NCBI GenBank assembly: GCA_964634685.1
Contig: CAZWLD010000009.1
Coordinates: forward strand, 292 to 64,291
Length of the DNA stretch: 64,000 nucleotides
Direction: 5' to 3'
DNA from: an uncultured Anaeroplasmatales bacterium
GTDB taxonomy: Bacteria; Bacillota_I; Bacilli_A; Acholeplasmatales; JAEDCM01
Shown one piece after another: positions 48,569-58,435 of the stretch (its first letter is position 1; the number at the start of each line of letters is the position of its first letter). Position numbers and translations under genes: made by a program. The notes under the pieces are model-generated. The model did no database searches, was not told where the DNA came from, and saw only the letters and a list, made by a program, of their open reading frames with translations.

Positions 48569-48970
48569 TTAACCAACATATTCCGTTTTACGGTGAGCAT
48601 ATAAAACTTCAATATCCTTGATTTTACCCAAAATAATCTCAACAGTTGTCTTTTCTTGTTTGGATAATAGCATTTTTAATTCGGCTATTGCCCCCGCTAT
48701 CTTTTGATCTACCTTCAAAACACCACTTTTTGGCGATACACTTACAAAATCTGCGGTATGCTTCAATTGCTTTAATTTTTCCTTAATTGCTTCGTCCGAC
48801 TCTTCAGCTAAAGCAATTAACATACCAATTTCATTAGCATTCTTTTTAATTACATCATCGTCATCATTATTTATTTCTACTGTTGTTTTGTCATCCTTAA
48901 AATTTTTAGAGATAATAATCAAAACCACTACTAAAACAATAACAACGGGAATTAACCAATAATACCACAT
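48569..48970 (-). CDS. Single-pass membrane protein with helical cytoplasmic domain
   Basis: 133 aa: an N-terminal TM helix (WYYWLIPVVIVLVVVLIII), then a charged helical tail resembling the tail of ORF 5755..6474. It lies 12 nt downstream of the SPFH gene. Confidence 0.55.
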   Translation of the reverse strand: MWYYWLIPVVIVLVVVLIIISKNFKDDKTTVEINNDDDDVIKKNANEIGMLIALAEESDEAIKEKLKQLKHTADFVSVSPKSGVLKVDQKIAGAIAELKMLLSKQEKTTVEIILGKIKDIEVLYAHRKTEYVG

Positions 48971-48982
48971 ATAATCAACCTC

Positions 48983-50086
48983 CTAGAGCTTCTTGCCACA
49001 TTCAGGACAGAATTTAGCATCAAATTCTAATTCCTTTCCACATGAACAACGAATTTTATTACCAGGTAATCTTTCCCCACAGCCTACGCAAAATTTTGAA
49101 CCAATTTCGTATGATCTTCCGCAATGAGGACAAAATCTTCCTTCTTTAGCCGGCACAGTATTTTGATTTTTTTCAGAAATAATCTTTAATACTTCATAAT
49201 ATTTCTCTTTATCAGCTAATTCTAATTGCTTTAATAAAAGCTCTCTTTGCCATTTTCTCTCATCCTCATCTTGTTCACGAGCATAGGCCTTATCTGATAA
49301 TCTTTCAAGCTCATTCGCAATTTCTTGGGCTTCCTTTTTTTCCTTGATTTCAATTCGTCTTCTAAATAACTCATCCTCAATCGCTTCAGCTTCATCCTCT
49401 TGAATTCCTAAGCGTTCAACTGTAAATGAACATAATTTTAGACCAACATCATTAATCATTAGCTCATTCAAATACGGAAGAATACTATCGCCAATTGGTT
49501 TCATATACATTTGGATATCCAAATATGAATAAACCTTTTCACGAATTACTCTTTGTAATGCATCCGCAAAATAAGACATCAACCTTACGTCGATTCTTTC
49601 CTTCAATGAATCAATAGAATAGATTTTATCTGAACCAATGATTTCAAGATAAAACTGCTTTGGATTATCAACCTTGACCTCAAACTCTCCTCCGCCTCGA
49701 ACATGAACAACATTTTCTGTTAAAGGATCACGATAAATAACAGGGTTTTTTGTGCCCCATTCAACTTTGAATTTGACGGTCTTATTAACAAAAATTATGT
49801 CAACGTCAACTGCATCAAGCTTTGGTCTACGGAATAATCCTCCTTTTTCAACAGTCTCGAAAATTCTATATCTTCCACCATCAAGGATATCCTGCAATTT
49901 ACCATCCTTGATATATATACAAGAATGAGTTGGTGGAACAACAATCGTACATTCAGGATTTAAAATATTTCCTGAAGTCCTCCAAAAAAAGAGATCATTA
50001 TCTCCTTCAAAATGAATAATTGAAGTATTTTCATCTAAAACTGATGCATCTCCTATATCCATATTAGTTACTATTTTCTTTGCCAT
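48983..50086 (-). CDS. SPFH/band-7 domain protein with C-terminal zinc ribbons (SPFH-B, YdjI/COG4260-like)
   Basis: 367 aa: SPFH core, coiled coil, and C-terminal CPHCG..CVGCG and CSCG..CPECG ribbons. AGGAGG RBS lies 7 nt upstream. Confidence 0.75.
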   Translation of the reverse strand: MAKKIVTNMDIGDASVLDENTSIIHFEGDNDLFFWRTSGNILNPECTIVVPPTHSCIYIKDGKLQDILDGGRYRIFETVEKGGLFRRPKLDAVDVDIIFVNKTVKFKVEWGTKNPVIYRDPLTENVVHVRGGGEFEVKVDNPKQFYLEIIGSDKIYSIDSLKERIDVRLMSYFADALQRVIREKVYSYLDIQMYMKPIGDSILPYLNELMINDVGLKLCSFTVERLGIQEDEAEAIEDELFRRRIEIKEKKEAQEIANELERLSDKAYAREQDEDERKWQRELLLKQLELADKEKYYEVLKIISEKNQNTVPAKEGRFCPHCGRSYEIGSKFCVGCGERLPGNKIRCSCGKELEFDAKFCPECGKKL

Positions 50087-50110
50087 AATATTCCTCCTCT
50101 TTCCAACTTT

Positions 50111-50139
50111 AGTATACTTCTTTTGTCATTTTTTGTCAA
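50111..50139 (-). promoter_or_regulatory. Near-consensus promoter of the SPFH-B gene
   Basis: Minus strand reads TTGACA (50134..50139), a 17-nt spacer, then TATACT (50111..50116), followed by the AGGAGG RBS. Confidence 0.65.
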
Positions 50140-50207
50140 TTATTACTTATCATTGCTGATAATTATAATTCTTCATTAATATAGTAAAATAACAATAGGT
50201 GAAAAAT

Positions 50208-50504
50208 ATGGTTATTGAAATTAGTGAAAGAATAAAGGAATTAAGAGAAGCGAAAAGCATGTCTCAAACAGCATTAGCTAAGGAATTGAATATATCTCGA
50301 ACTGCAGTTAATGCCTGGGAAATGGGAATTTCACTGCCATCAATGGAAAAATTAATTGAATTATCGAAAATATTTAATGTGAGTGCTGATTATTTATTAG
50401 GCATTGAAAATAAAGTTACAATAAAGCTAGATAGCCTTTCAGATGAACAAATAAATGTTATATTAGATTTAGTAAACATATTATCAAAATCAAATAATCA
50501 ATAA
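50208..50504 (+). CDS. XRE-family HTH transcriptional regulator
   Basis: The typical Cro/C1 HTH is SQTALAKELNISRTAVNAWEMG. ATG 50208 is preferred over track GTG 50199 because AGGTGA lies 6 nt upstream. The gene is divergent from SPFH-B. Confidence 0.8.
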   Translation: MVIEISERIKELREAKSMSQTALAKELNISRTAVNAWEMGISLPSMEKLIELSKIFNVSADYLLGIENKVTIKLDSLSDEQINVILDLVNILSKSNNQ

Positions 50505-50531
50505 AATTATCTATTATATTTCCTAAAAAAA

Positions 50532-50558
50532 AGAAACACTCGAAATGTTTCTTTTTTT
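50532..50558 (+). terminator. Rho-independent terminator after the XRE gene
   Basis: AGAAACA CTCGAAA TGTTTCT followed by T7. Confidence 0.7.
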
Positions 50559-50578
50559 CTTTAATAATATTTATTAAT

Positions 50579-50607
50579 AAAAAAAATACCTAGAAAAAAT
50601 CTAGGTA
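50579..50607 (-). terminator. Rho-independent terminator of pyk
   Basis: Minus strand reads TACCTAGA TTTTT TCTAGGTA followed by T8, starting 13 nt after the pyk stop. Confidence 0.85.
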
Positions 50608-50652
50608 TTGATTGGAAATATTAAAGAGTAACGACTTTCATTTCGTTTTCAG
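50579..50652. repeat. 74-bp perfect direct repeat, right copy (authentic pyk 3' end plus terminator)
   Basis: Identical to 39756..39829. Sequences immediately outside both copies are unrelated. Confidence 0.95.
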
Positions 50653-52003
50653 TAACAACTAAAACGAAATCTCCTTCAGATACTTCAATATTTGCTTTTA
50701 CATAATCGATTGCAGCATTTAAATCAAAATCAAATGCATATACACCGAAGTTTAATGCAAGTCCACGAGCCTCACGACGGTTAGGAACGCAAGCTACGAT
50801 TGGGCAGCAAGGACGGAATCTTGAACATGCAGATGCTAATTTAGCTTCACCAACAGTGATGATAGCAGATGCTCCAAATTCTAATGCTGATTTAGCAGCA
50901 CTCATACCTAACATAGTAGGGAAATCTAATTCATAAACACCATCTAAAGCACGATCGAACATTAAATCAAAATCAATTTCATCGCCCATACGGTCATCAA
51001 TCTTAGCCATATAGCGAACTGATTGAATTGGATAATCTCCACCAGCAGATTCTCCTGATAACATTGTTGAATCAGCTCCATCTAATACAGCATTAGCAAC
51101 GTCGTTAACCTCGGCACGAGTAGGACGTGGATTTGATTGCATAGATTCAAGCATTTGTGTTGCAACAACAACGATCTTTCCTTGAGATTGACATTTAGAA
51201 ACTAATTCCTTTTGAACAACTGGTACTTCCCAAGCAGGAATTTCAACACCCATATCTCCACGAGCAACCATAATACCATCAGCGATTTCAATGATTTCAT
51301 CAAGATTATCAACACCCTCTTGGTTTTCGATTTTAGCGATAATCTTAATATGATCATTTCCTTTAGCAGCTAAGATATCACGAATCTCTTGAACATCGCT
51401 AGCACGACGAACAAATGAAGCACTGATGAAATCTAAGTCTTGATCACAAGCAAATTCCATATCAGCCTTATCCTTAGCTGAAATAAATGGCATATTTAAT
51501 TTAACGTTTGGAACATTGATTCCACGTTTATCTTTAATTTTATGAGTATTTTCAGCAACACAAACTAATTCACGATTAGCTTCATCCTTTTCAACGATAG
51601 TTAATTCAAGATATCCATCATCTACTAAGATTGTTCCGCCTACTTCAACATCATCATATAATCCTGGGTATGTTACAGAGAATTTTTCTGCAGTTCCTAA
51701 AACTTCCTTCATTGCAATACGAACAGTTGAACCCTTCTCGACAGTAACCTTCTTTTCTCCCTCTTTGTATTGGAATAAATGAGTACGAATTTCAGGTCCC
51801 TTAGTGTCTAAGCATAATGCTACGTTAGTTCCTAATTCTTCATTTAATTCACGGCAGTTTTTGATACGGAATCCGTGTTCCTCATAATCTCCATGAGAGA
51901 AGTTCATACGTACAACGTTCATACCAGTTTTGATAAGCTCACGCATAACGTCTTTTTGTTCAGATGCTGGTCCGATTGTACAAATCATCTTTGTCTTTTT
52001 CAT
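50621..52003 (-). CDS. pyk: Pyruvate kinase
   Basis: MKKTKMICTIGPASE N-terminus and the motifs NFSHG, MVARGDMGVEIP and TQMLESM. At 460 aa it has no PEP-utiliser extension. Confidence 0.95.
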   Translation of the reverse strand: MKKTKMICTIGPASEQKDVMRELIKTGMNVVRMNFSHGDYEEHGFRIKNCRELNEELGTNVALCLDTKGPEIRTHLFQYKEGEKKVTVEKGSTVRIAMKEVLGTAEKFSVTYPGLYDDVEVGGTILVDDGYLELTIVEKDEANRELVCVAENTHKIKDKRGINVPNVKLNMPFISAKDKADMEFACDQDLDFISASFVRRASDVQEIRDILAAKGNDHIKIIAKIENQEGVDNLDEIIEIADGIMVARGDMGVEIPAWEVPVVQKELVSKCQSQGKIVVVATQMLESMQSNPRPTRAEVNDVANAVLDGADSTMLSGESAGGDYPIQSVRYMAKIDDRMGDEIDFDLMFDRALDGVYELDFPTMLGMSAAKSALEFGASAIITVGEAKLASACSRFRPCCPIVACVPNRREARGLALNFGVYAFDFDLNAAIDYVKANIEVSEGDFVLVVTENEMKVVTL

Positions 52004-52023
52004 TACATTTTTCTCCTTGTATA

Positions 52024-52974
52024 TTATTTAGATATTTTTGCAAACACATCGAATAATTCACTCTTTGGACGCTTCATTTCTAAAGCTTCATTGATATCGA
52101 TGTGATTTGCCTTGTTATTTTTAAGGCCAACGCATTGACCTTTATAACCTTCAACTAAGCATGTGACCGCATAGCTTCCTAATAAGCTTGCAAGAACACG
52201 GTCCTTTGCCGATGGACTGCCTCCTCTTTGCACATGTCCTAAGATTGTCGCACGAGAATTATATCCAGTATTAGCTTCAATTGTGCGGGCTAATTCATGA
52301 ACATCTGTTATTTTCTCCGTTACTAAAACAATGGCATGACGCTTACCACGGTTATAGCATTCACGAAGATCACTGATAAGCTCTTCTTCATTATACTCCT
52401 CGGGACTTGTAATAACAATCTCGGCACCGCCACAAATTCCGGCAAATATAGCTAAATCACCACAATGACGTCCCATAACCTCAAGGATACTACAGCGGCG
52501 ATGAGAGCCAGCGGTATCTCTTAATTTATCAACGGCATCATTGATGGTATTTAAAGCGGTATCGAAACCGATTGTATATTCGGTTGACGCAATATCATTG
52601 TCGATTGTTCCCGGTAAACAAATGACATTGTATCCCATATTCCATAAATCACGAGCTCCACGATAGGAACCATCACCACCAATAACCACTAAAGCATCAA
52701 TTCCTCTTTTGCGTAGATTATCGATAGCCTTTTGGCGAACACTTTCCTCTTTAAATTCCGGAAGACGAGCCGTACCTAAAAGGGTACCTCCACGATTGAT
52801 GGTATCACTAAAGCGATCTAGTCGTTCCATTCGGTCCTCAACTAATCCTTTATAACCATCATAAATTCCATACGTTTCAATTCCATAATACAACGCTGTA
52901 CGAACAACTGCTCGAATACAGGCGTTCATTCCTGGGGCGTCGCCACCAGAAGTCAAAATACCAATTCTTTTCAT
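52024..52974 (-). CDS. pfkA: ATP-dependent 6-phosphofructokinase
   Basis: [30 protein letters not shown] and LGHVQRGG. Confidence 0.95.
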   Translation of the reverse strand: MKRIGILTSGGDAPGMNACIRAVVRTALYYGIETYGIYDGYKGLVEDRMERLDRFSDTINRGGTLLGTARLPEFKEESVRQKAIDNLRKRGIDALVVIGGDGSYRGARDLWNMGYNVICLPGTIDNDIASTEYTIGFDTALNTINDAVDKLRDTAGSHRRCSILEVMGRHCGDLAIFAGICGGAEIVITSPEEYNEEELISDLRECYNRGKRHAIVLVTEKITDVHELARTIEANTGYNSRATILGHVQRGGSPSAKDRVLASLLGSYAVTCLVEGYKGQCVGLKNNKANHIDINEALEMKRPKSELFDVFAKISK

Positions 52975-55973
52975 TAGTTACACTCCTTTTGCTCGAGCCT
53001 GAGCAATTCTAATTGAATTATATTATTACGTAATACAACCTTAGTATTCATAATATAGACTTGGTTTAATTTAATTTCACGCATTTTTGCATAATTGCTC
53101 GGGAAGATAAAACCCTCTATATCTATTATACCATTACTTGCCAAGAAAAAAGCCATCTTTTCATTATTTTTTGTTTTAATTTCCTTTATTTTCGATATAA
53201 AACCGATAACATTTTTTGTTGTCCCAACCATATCCTCATTTATTTCGGATATTTGGGTTAATTTTTGTTCTCTTATAATTTTATTATAAGGCATAAGCGG
53301 ACTCATTGTCAAATTAAAACCTAAAGCTTCCCTTTCCATTTTAATCAATTCATCAAGTGAATATTCACTGTTTATATCCTTCATTTCGTCTAAAATAAAG
53401 GTGTTAAAGGATGAATTTTCACTCATTTGCTCAAGCAATGCCTTTTTCGTTATATGGAAGCTATCAAAGGCACCCGCTTTAATCAAGGCCTCTAAGGATC
53501 GTAAAGGGATTTTATTCTTAATCTCTTTATAGCTTAAATAATGCTCGCGCCTTGCCTCAATAATTGCTTTACAAACCTCAGTTCCAACATTTTTGATACC
53601 TAACAAAGCATATCTAATACTATTATCCTCAATTTGAAAGGTCATATTACTTTTATTAATATCAGGTCCTAGTACTTTTATTCCAAAGCCCCTAGCCTCA
53701 TTGAGATACTGTCTTGTCTTCTTTTCATCACCGATGATGCTGTTTAATAATTCAGTTAGAAAAAACAATGGATAATTGGCCTTTAAATAAGCCGTTTGAT
53801 ATGCTACTATTCCGTAGGCAACACTATGACTCTTATTAAATCCATAATTTGCAAACTTGACAATAATATCATAAATCATATTACTTTCCTCTTTAGTATG
53901 CCCCATCATAACTGATTTTTCCACAAAGCGCTTGCGTTCACTTTCTAAAACATCAAGCTTCTTTTTACTTACAGCTCGTCTTAAAATATCCGCCTCACCC
54001 AAAGAATAGCCCGCAAAAACATTGGCGATTTTCATTATTTGTTCTTGATAGACAATAATACCATAGGTATCCTTAAGGATAGGCTCTAAGGATTCATGAT
54101 AATATTGAAATTTTTTCCCATTCTTTCTTTCAATATATTCATCTATATTTTCCATTGGTCCGGGACGATACAAAGCCAAAACGTCGACAATATCGTTGAT
54201 ATTACTTGGCTTTAGCTTGCGTAAAACATTACGCATTCCTTCGGATTCTAATTGGAATAAGCCAGTTGTTTGGCCCTTTTCAAGATATTGATATGTTTTC
54301 TTATCATCTAATGGTATTTTCCTAATATCAAGGCAGGTATTTAAATGCTTTTTGATATTTAAAACAACATCATCAATCATAGTCAGATTTTTCAAGCCTA
54401 AAAAATCGATTTTTAAAAGACCGAGCTTTTCTAAATCACTTGCCTCATACTGCGATTGAATACCACCCTCACCATCCTTTAAAACGGGGATAATATCCGT
54501 TAAGGGAAGGCTACTCAAAATAATACCAGCCGCATGAGTTCCGGTGTGACGCGGTAATCCTGATAAAGCATTAGCAATTGTGATAAGCTCATCGACCTCC
54601 GGGTTTTGCGTCATTTTCAAAAGGTCATCATTATAATCATCTAAATCCTCACGATACCCGACATATTTTAAAACATTTTCAAGGCGATTATTATCCATTC
54701 CCATCGCCTTCGCAACATCACGAATCGCTCCTCTCGCCCGGTAACAATCAAAGGTTACGATATGAGAAACATGGTCACTTCCATACTTGTTAATGACATA
54801 ATCAATAACCTCCTTTCGGCGGTTATTCGGAAAATCCATATCGATATCGGGCATACTGATGCGCTCAGGATTCAAGAAACGCTCAAACAATAAATCATAT
54901 TCTAAAGGATCAATGTCCGTTATGCCTAAAGAATAGGCCACAAGCGAGGAGGCAGCACTACCTCTTCCCGGTCCAACATAGATTTGATTTTTTTTCGCAT
55001 ATTTAACAAAATCCCAAACGATTAAAAAATAATCGTCATATCCCATTTTGCCAATTATATTTAATTCATATTCGATACGATCCAAATAAGGTTTTTTAGA
55101 TTTTGAATAATTCTTCAACCTTTTTCCTAATCCCATCATACACAATTCATGAAGATATTCATGACTAGATAAATCGCAATTTGAAGGAAAAACCGGCAAG
55201 GTCACTTGCGCCTTTTCAATTGTCACATCAATATTTGCGATTAGATTTTCTAAATTGATAAAAGCTAGGCCATAATTAGAAAATTCAATCATCAATTCCT
55301 CTTGATTTTTAAAGTGATAGGTTCCAGATAAAGTAGGAACATCCTTGACTAATATTCCTGATTCGACAGCTCGTAAATAATAATAGTAAATCGAATCCGT
55401 TTCATCTAAATATAAGGTTTGCGATAGAGGCAAATCGAAAATTGAAGCCTTATTGGCCAATTCAATTAATTCACTACCTATTTCATCAAAATTGATAATT
55501 TGGGGCTCAAGTCCAACATAAAAATCTTCAAACAATTCTTTATACAAAAGTATTTGATTATAGGCATCAATACGATTGCCTCTTTGAATGAGCATATTAA
55601 TATCATTAAAGCTTCCGGACACGGCAAATATTCCTTCACGGTATTTTTTTAAATCATCTAAGCTTATTGATTCATTAAGCTCAATAATCGAACTAATTTT
55701 TAAAAGATTACGATATCCAATGTTATTTTTACAATATAATAGAATCTTTGTCACAACCGAAAATTTTGATTCAATTACGGCCTCAAGGCCAATAATCGGT
55801 TTAATATTATTTTCCTTGCAAAGCTCATAAAATTTATAAACTCCATGCATATTAGGATCGGTTATACTCAAAGCTTGATAGCCATATTCCTTGGCCTTTT
55901 TAATTAAATCTGGAAGCTTAATGGTGTTATTAAGCATCGAATATTCAGTTTTTGTATATAATGCTTGAATCAT
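52974..55973 (-). CDS. dnaE: DNA polymerase III alpha subunit
   Basis: 999 aa with an N-terminal PHP domain, the PDIDMDF catalytic motif, fingers/HhH regions and a C-terminal OB fold. The dnaE-pfkA-pyk order is seen in many Bacillota. Confidence 0.9.
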   Translation of the reverse strand: MIQALYTKTEYSMLNNTIKLPDLIKKAKEYGYQALSITDPNMHGVYKFYELCKENNIKPIIGLEAVIESKFSVVTKILLYCKNNIGYRNLLKISSIIELNESISLDDLKKYREGIFAVSGSFNDINMLIQRGNRIDAYNQILLYKELFEDFYVGLEPQIINFDEIGSELIELANKASIFDLPLSQTLYLDETDSIYYYYLRAVESGILVKDVPTLSGTYHFKNQEELMIEFSNYGLAFINLENLIANIDVTIEKAQVTLPVFPSNCDLSSHEYLHELCMMGLGKRLKNYSKSKKPYLDRIEYELNIIGKMGYDDYFLIVWDFVKYAKKNQIYVGPGRGSAASSLVAYSLGITDIDPLEYDLLFERFLNPERISMPDIDMDFPNNRRKEVIDYVINKYGSDHVSHIVTFDCYRARGAIRDVAKAMGMDNNRLENVLKYVGYREDLDDYNDDLLKMTQNPEVDELITIANALSGLPRHTGTHAAGIILSSLPLTDIIPVLKDGEGGIQSQYEASDLEKLGLLKIDFLGLKNLTMIDDVVLNIKKHLNTCLDIRKIPLDDKKTYQYLEKGQTTGLFQLESEGMRNVLRKLKPSNINDIVDVLALYRPGPMENIDEYIERKNGKKFQYYHESLEPILKDTYGIIVYQEQIMKIANVFAGYSLGEADILRRAVSKKKLDVLESERKRFVEKSVMMGHTKEESNMIYDIIVKFANYGFNKSHSVAYGIVAYQTAYLKANYPLFFLTELLNSIIGDEKKTRQYLNEARGFGIKVLGPDINKSNMTFQIEDNSIRYALLGIKNVGTEVCKAIIEARREHYLSYKEIKNKIPLRSLEALIKAGAFDSFHITKKALLEQMSENSSFNTFILDEMKDINSEYSLDELIKMEREALGFNLTMSPLMPYNKIIREQKLTQISEINEDMVGTTKNVIGFISKIKEIKTKNNEKMAFFLASNGIIDIEGFIFPSNYAKMREIKLNQVYIMNTKVVLRNNIIQLELLRLEQKECN

Positions 55974-56020
55974 CTAATCAGCCTCCAAATCTATTATACT
56001 ATATTAGCATTTAATTGACG

Positions 56021-56059
56021 CAAAAAAATGAAAAACTGCCGGCAATTTATACCAGCAGT
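56021..56059 (-). terminator. Rho-independent terminator after the fused ABC gene
   Basis: Minus strand reads ACTGCTGG TATAAATTG CCGGCAGT (one G-U pair) followed by TTTTTCATTTTTTT. Confidence 0.65.
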
Positions 56060-56069
56060 GTACTTATAA

Positions 56070-58184
56070 TCAATCTCTATCATATAGAATATCCATTGGC
56101 TTTTTGGTTAGTAATCGTCTTATTGGTAAAAATAAGCTTATTATTAACACTAATAACACACAAGTAAAAAGCAATCCAAATAAAAGAAAATTTGCTTGAA
56201 GGAAACCGTAACTAATTGACCAACTATCCTTTAGCATCGAATTAAGTGTCAAAATCATCGGAAGATATATTATCATTGATATGATAATTGCAAGTAAGCA
56301 AATAAAAACATTTTCAAACAAATATATTTTAACAAATGATTTTTGTTTCATTTTAAAGCTTATGAATACACCAATCATCTTTTTGTTTTGATTGATACTT
56401 GAAGTAGTACTATTAAAAATAGTAAAAATGGCAATAATAATAAAAACCAATGCTAGTCCCCACAAAAATGGTGTTAGCTGCACTAGGTTATAATAAATAT
56501 CATACACTAAGCTACCTTCTTCATCAACAGGTAATAAGTGTAAATCAATGCATTTTCTTAACACTGTTTTATTATAATCAAAATAACCAATACTAGCTAA
56601 GGATGATGTAATTTTTGAAGTTCCAAATTTTGTGATAAAATTATCAAAATCATTTTGATAAATGGAAATCATATTTCGGCTAATCCCAACAACCTCATAT
56701 TCAATAGATTCATAATTTTTTAATTTATCGTGTGAACCAGTCGTAAAAAAATTCAATGAAATATTTTTTCCAATTATTTCAGATTCATTATAATTTAATA
56801 AAGAAACTAGCTCCCTTGAAATAACAATTTCTCTACTATTAGTTGGAACATCACCCGACAATAATTCTAATTCATTATCTAAATAAGGGTTAAACAAACG
56901 TATTTTTTTATCATTTTGATCTAATAATAGTGAAACATAGTTATTGTTGTGGACATTTCCATTGAAAACCTTAAAAGTATTTTCATTTATAATCAGGGTT
57001 CTTTCATATTTATTAGTGTCAATAACATCAATAATTATGTATTCCTCATTATTATATTTTAGATAAGTATTAATCACTTCTTCCTTTGTTTTCCCAAAGA
57101 AATCCAAAAAGTTACTACTTATAATTACTTGATTATCACCCAAGTTATATTGTAAAGACTTACCTTCATTAACCACCCAAATATAGTTAAAATAGCAGTT
57201 ATCATCATCGTATTTGGCAACAAAATTAGCATATTCATAAATTACAACATCACAACAAGTCTCATCAATTAATTTATCAGATACACTATAATTTGAGGGA
57301 TATTGTTCTTCTTCATCTACTTCTCGATAAACTATTAATTCAGCATTTTTATTGTTATAAGCAGTATATAATACCGAAGAAAGATCAGTCCATAAAATTG
57401 AAAAGATAATACTCAAAATTGATAATGATAAAAACAAGAAAACAAAGGTCATCAAGGCTTTGAATTTATTTCGCTTGATATTATTTAGTGCTATGGATAA
57501 GGAATACTTCGATGAGAGCTTATTAGGCTCTAATTTTTTATAATCTGATTTCAAATCTGTGTTTTCCATATTTGAATTGGATTTTATTTGTCCATTTTCT
57601 ATTTCAATTAATTGTGAAGAATACTTGTTCAATAATTGAACATTATGGGAAACAATTACTATTAATTTATCCGAACTTAATTCCTTTAATAATTCGAGAA
57701 TAATTGTCCCTGTTTCATCATCAACATTAGCGATTGGCTCATCACATAAAATGATTGATGAGTTTTGGATAATTGCTCGAACAATCTCTACTCGTTGTCT
57801 TTGCCCTCCACTTATAGAATTTACCTTATTATCCTTCAAATCATAAATAGCAAATCTTTTAAGATATTCGTTGATTTTCTCAATATCAAAATTTTGATTT
57901 GAAAGCAGTAAATTATCCATAACCGATAAATCTTCAATTAATTTATATTCTTGAAATATATATGAAGAATATTCAAATAAGCTCTTAACTAAAACATTAT
58001 CTAAATATATTTCTCCACTTGTAAATTCATCTAATCCCCCTAAACAATTTATCAATGTTGATTTTCCAGAACCACTCTTGCCATAGATACCAACTAATCC
58101 TTTTGATGGTAAAGATAAATTTATTTTTTCTAATCCAACATTACCATTTTTATATATCTTTTGACAATCCTTAATGACCACCAT
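56070..58184 (-). CDS. MacB-like ABC transporter, fused ATPase and FtsX-type permease
   Basis: N-terminal Walker A GKSGSGKST, signature ISGGQRQR and Walker B ILCDEP. A TM helix, large extracytoplasmic domain and C-terminal three-TM cluster follow. Confidence 0.8.
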   Translation of the reverse strand: MVVIKDCQKIYKNGNVGLEKINLSLPSKGLVGIYGKSGSGKSTLINCLGGLDEFTSGEIYLDNVLVKSLFEYSSYIFQEYKLIEDLSVMDNLLLSNQNFDIEKINEYLKRFAIYDLKDNKVNSISGGQRQRVEIVRAIIQNSSIILCDEPIANVDDETGTIILELLKELSSDKLIVIVSHNVQLLNKYSSQLIEIENGQIKSNSNMENTDLKSDYKKLEPNKLSSKYSLSIALNNIKRNKFKALMTFVFLFLSLSILSIIFSILWTDLSSVLYTAYNNKNAELIVYREVDEEEQYPSNYSVSDKLIDETCCDVVIYEYANFVAKYDDDNCYFNYIWVVNEGKSLQYNLGDNQVIISSNFLDFFGKTKEEVINTYLKYNNEEYIIIDVIDTNKYERTLIINENTFKVFNGNVHNNNYVSLLLDQNDKKIRLFNPYLDNELELLSGDVPTNSREIVISRELVSLLNYNESEIIGKNISLNFFTTGSHDKLKNYESIEYEVVGISRNMISIYQNDFDNFITKFGTSKITSSLASIGYFDYNKTVLRKCIDLHLLPVDEEGSLVYDIYYNLVQLTPFLWGLALVFIIIAIFTIFNSTTSSINQNKKMIGVFISFKMKQKSFVKIYLFENVFICLLAIIISMIIYLPMILTLNSMLKDSWSISYGFLQANFLLFGLLFTCVLLVLIISLFLPIRRLLTKKPMDILYDRD

Positions 58185-58228
58185 ATATACACCTCACCCT
58201 TAAAATAATTTTTCAACTAACAAAAATA

Positions 58229-58257
58229 ATTATATTTGATGTATCTAATAATGTCAA
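58229..58257 (-). promoter_or_regulatory. Consensus promoter of the fused ABC gene
   Basis: Minus strand reads TTGACA (58252..58257), a 17-nt spacer, then TATAAT (58229..58234). Confidence 0.7.
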
Positions 58258-58360
58258 GAATACTATTTATGACCAGTAATGAATCATATAGAATTATTTA
58301 TTATTATATTCGTAAGAAATAGTAGATGAGGAGTCTACAGTATGCCTTAAAAATGAAATA

Positions 58361-58421
58361 AAAATCAAAAACCTGTTAACAAATGAACCAAAGGTCTTCT
58401 TTCATTCGTTAACGGTTTTTT
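58361..58421 (-). terminator. Long-stem Rho-independent terminator (usable in both directions)
   Basis: The arms 58372..58387 and 58401..58415 pair over 14 bp with one bulge and one mismatch. They are flanked by A-rich sequence on the left and T6 on the right. Confidence 0.7.
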
Positions 58422-58435
58422 AATCATATATAGTC

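Larger units (their letters stand above)
39756..50652. mobile_element. Putative integrated genomic island (10.8 kb) bounded by 74-bp direct repeats; no recombinase seen
   Basis: Perfect direct repeats lie at both ends, and the right repeat overlaps the pyk 3' end (att-like duplication). The cargo is entirely accessory (TIR, SPFH, LRR, XRE, lgt pseudogene). Confidence 0.55.

Noticed and set aside
39830-50578. Interpreting the island as a prophage or a transposon
   Set aside because: There are no capsid, tail, terminase, integrase, transposase or inverted terminal repeat features. Only the direct repeats and the XRE gene hint at mobility, so I call it a decayed or trans-mobilised island.
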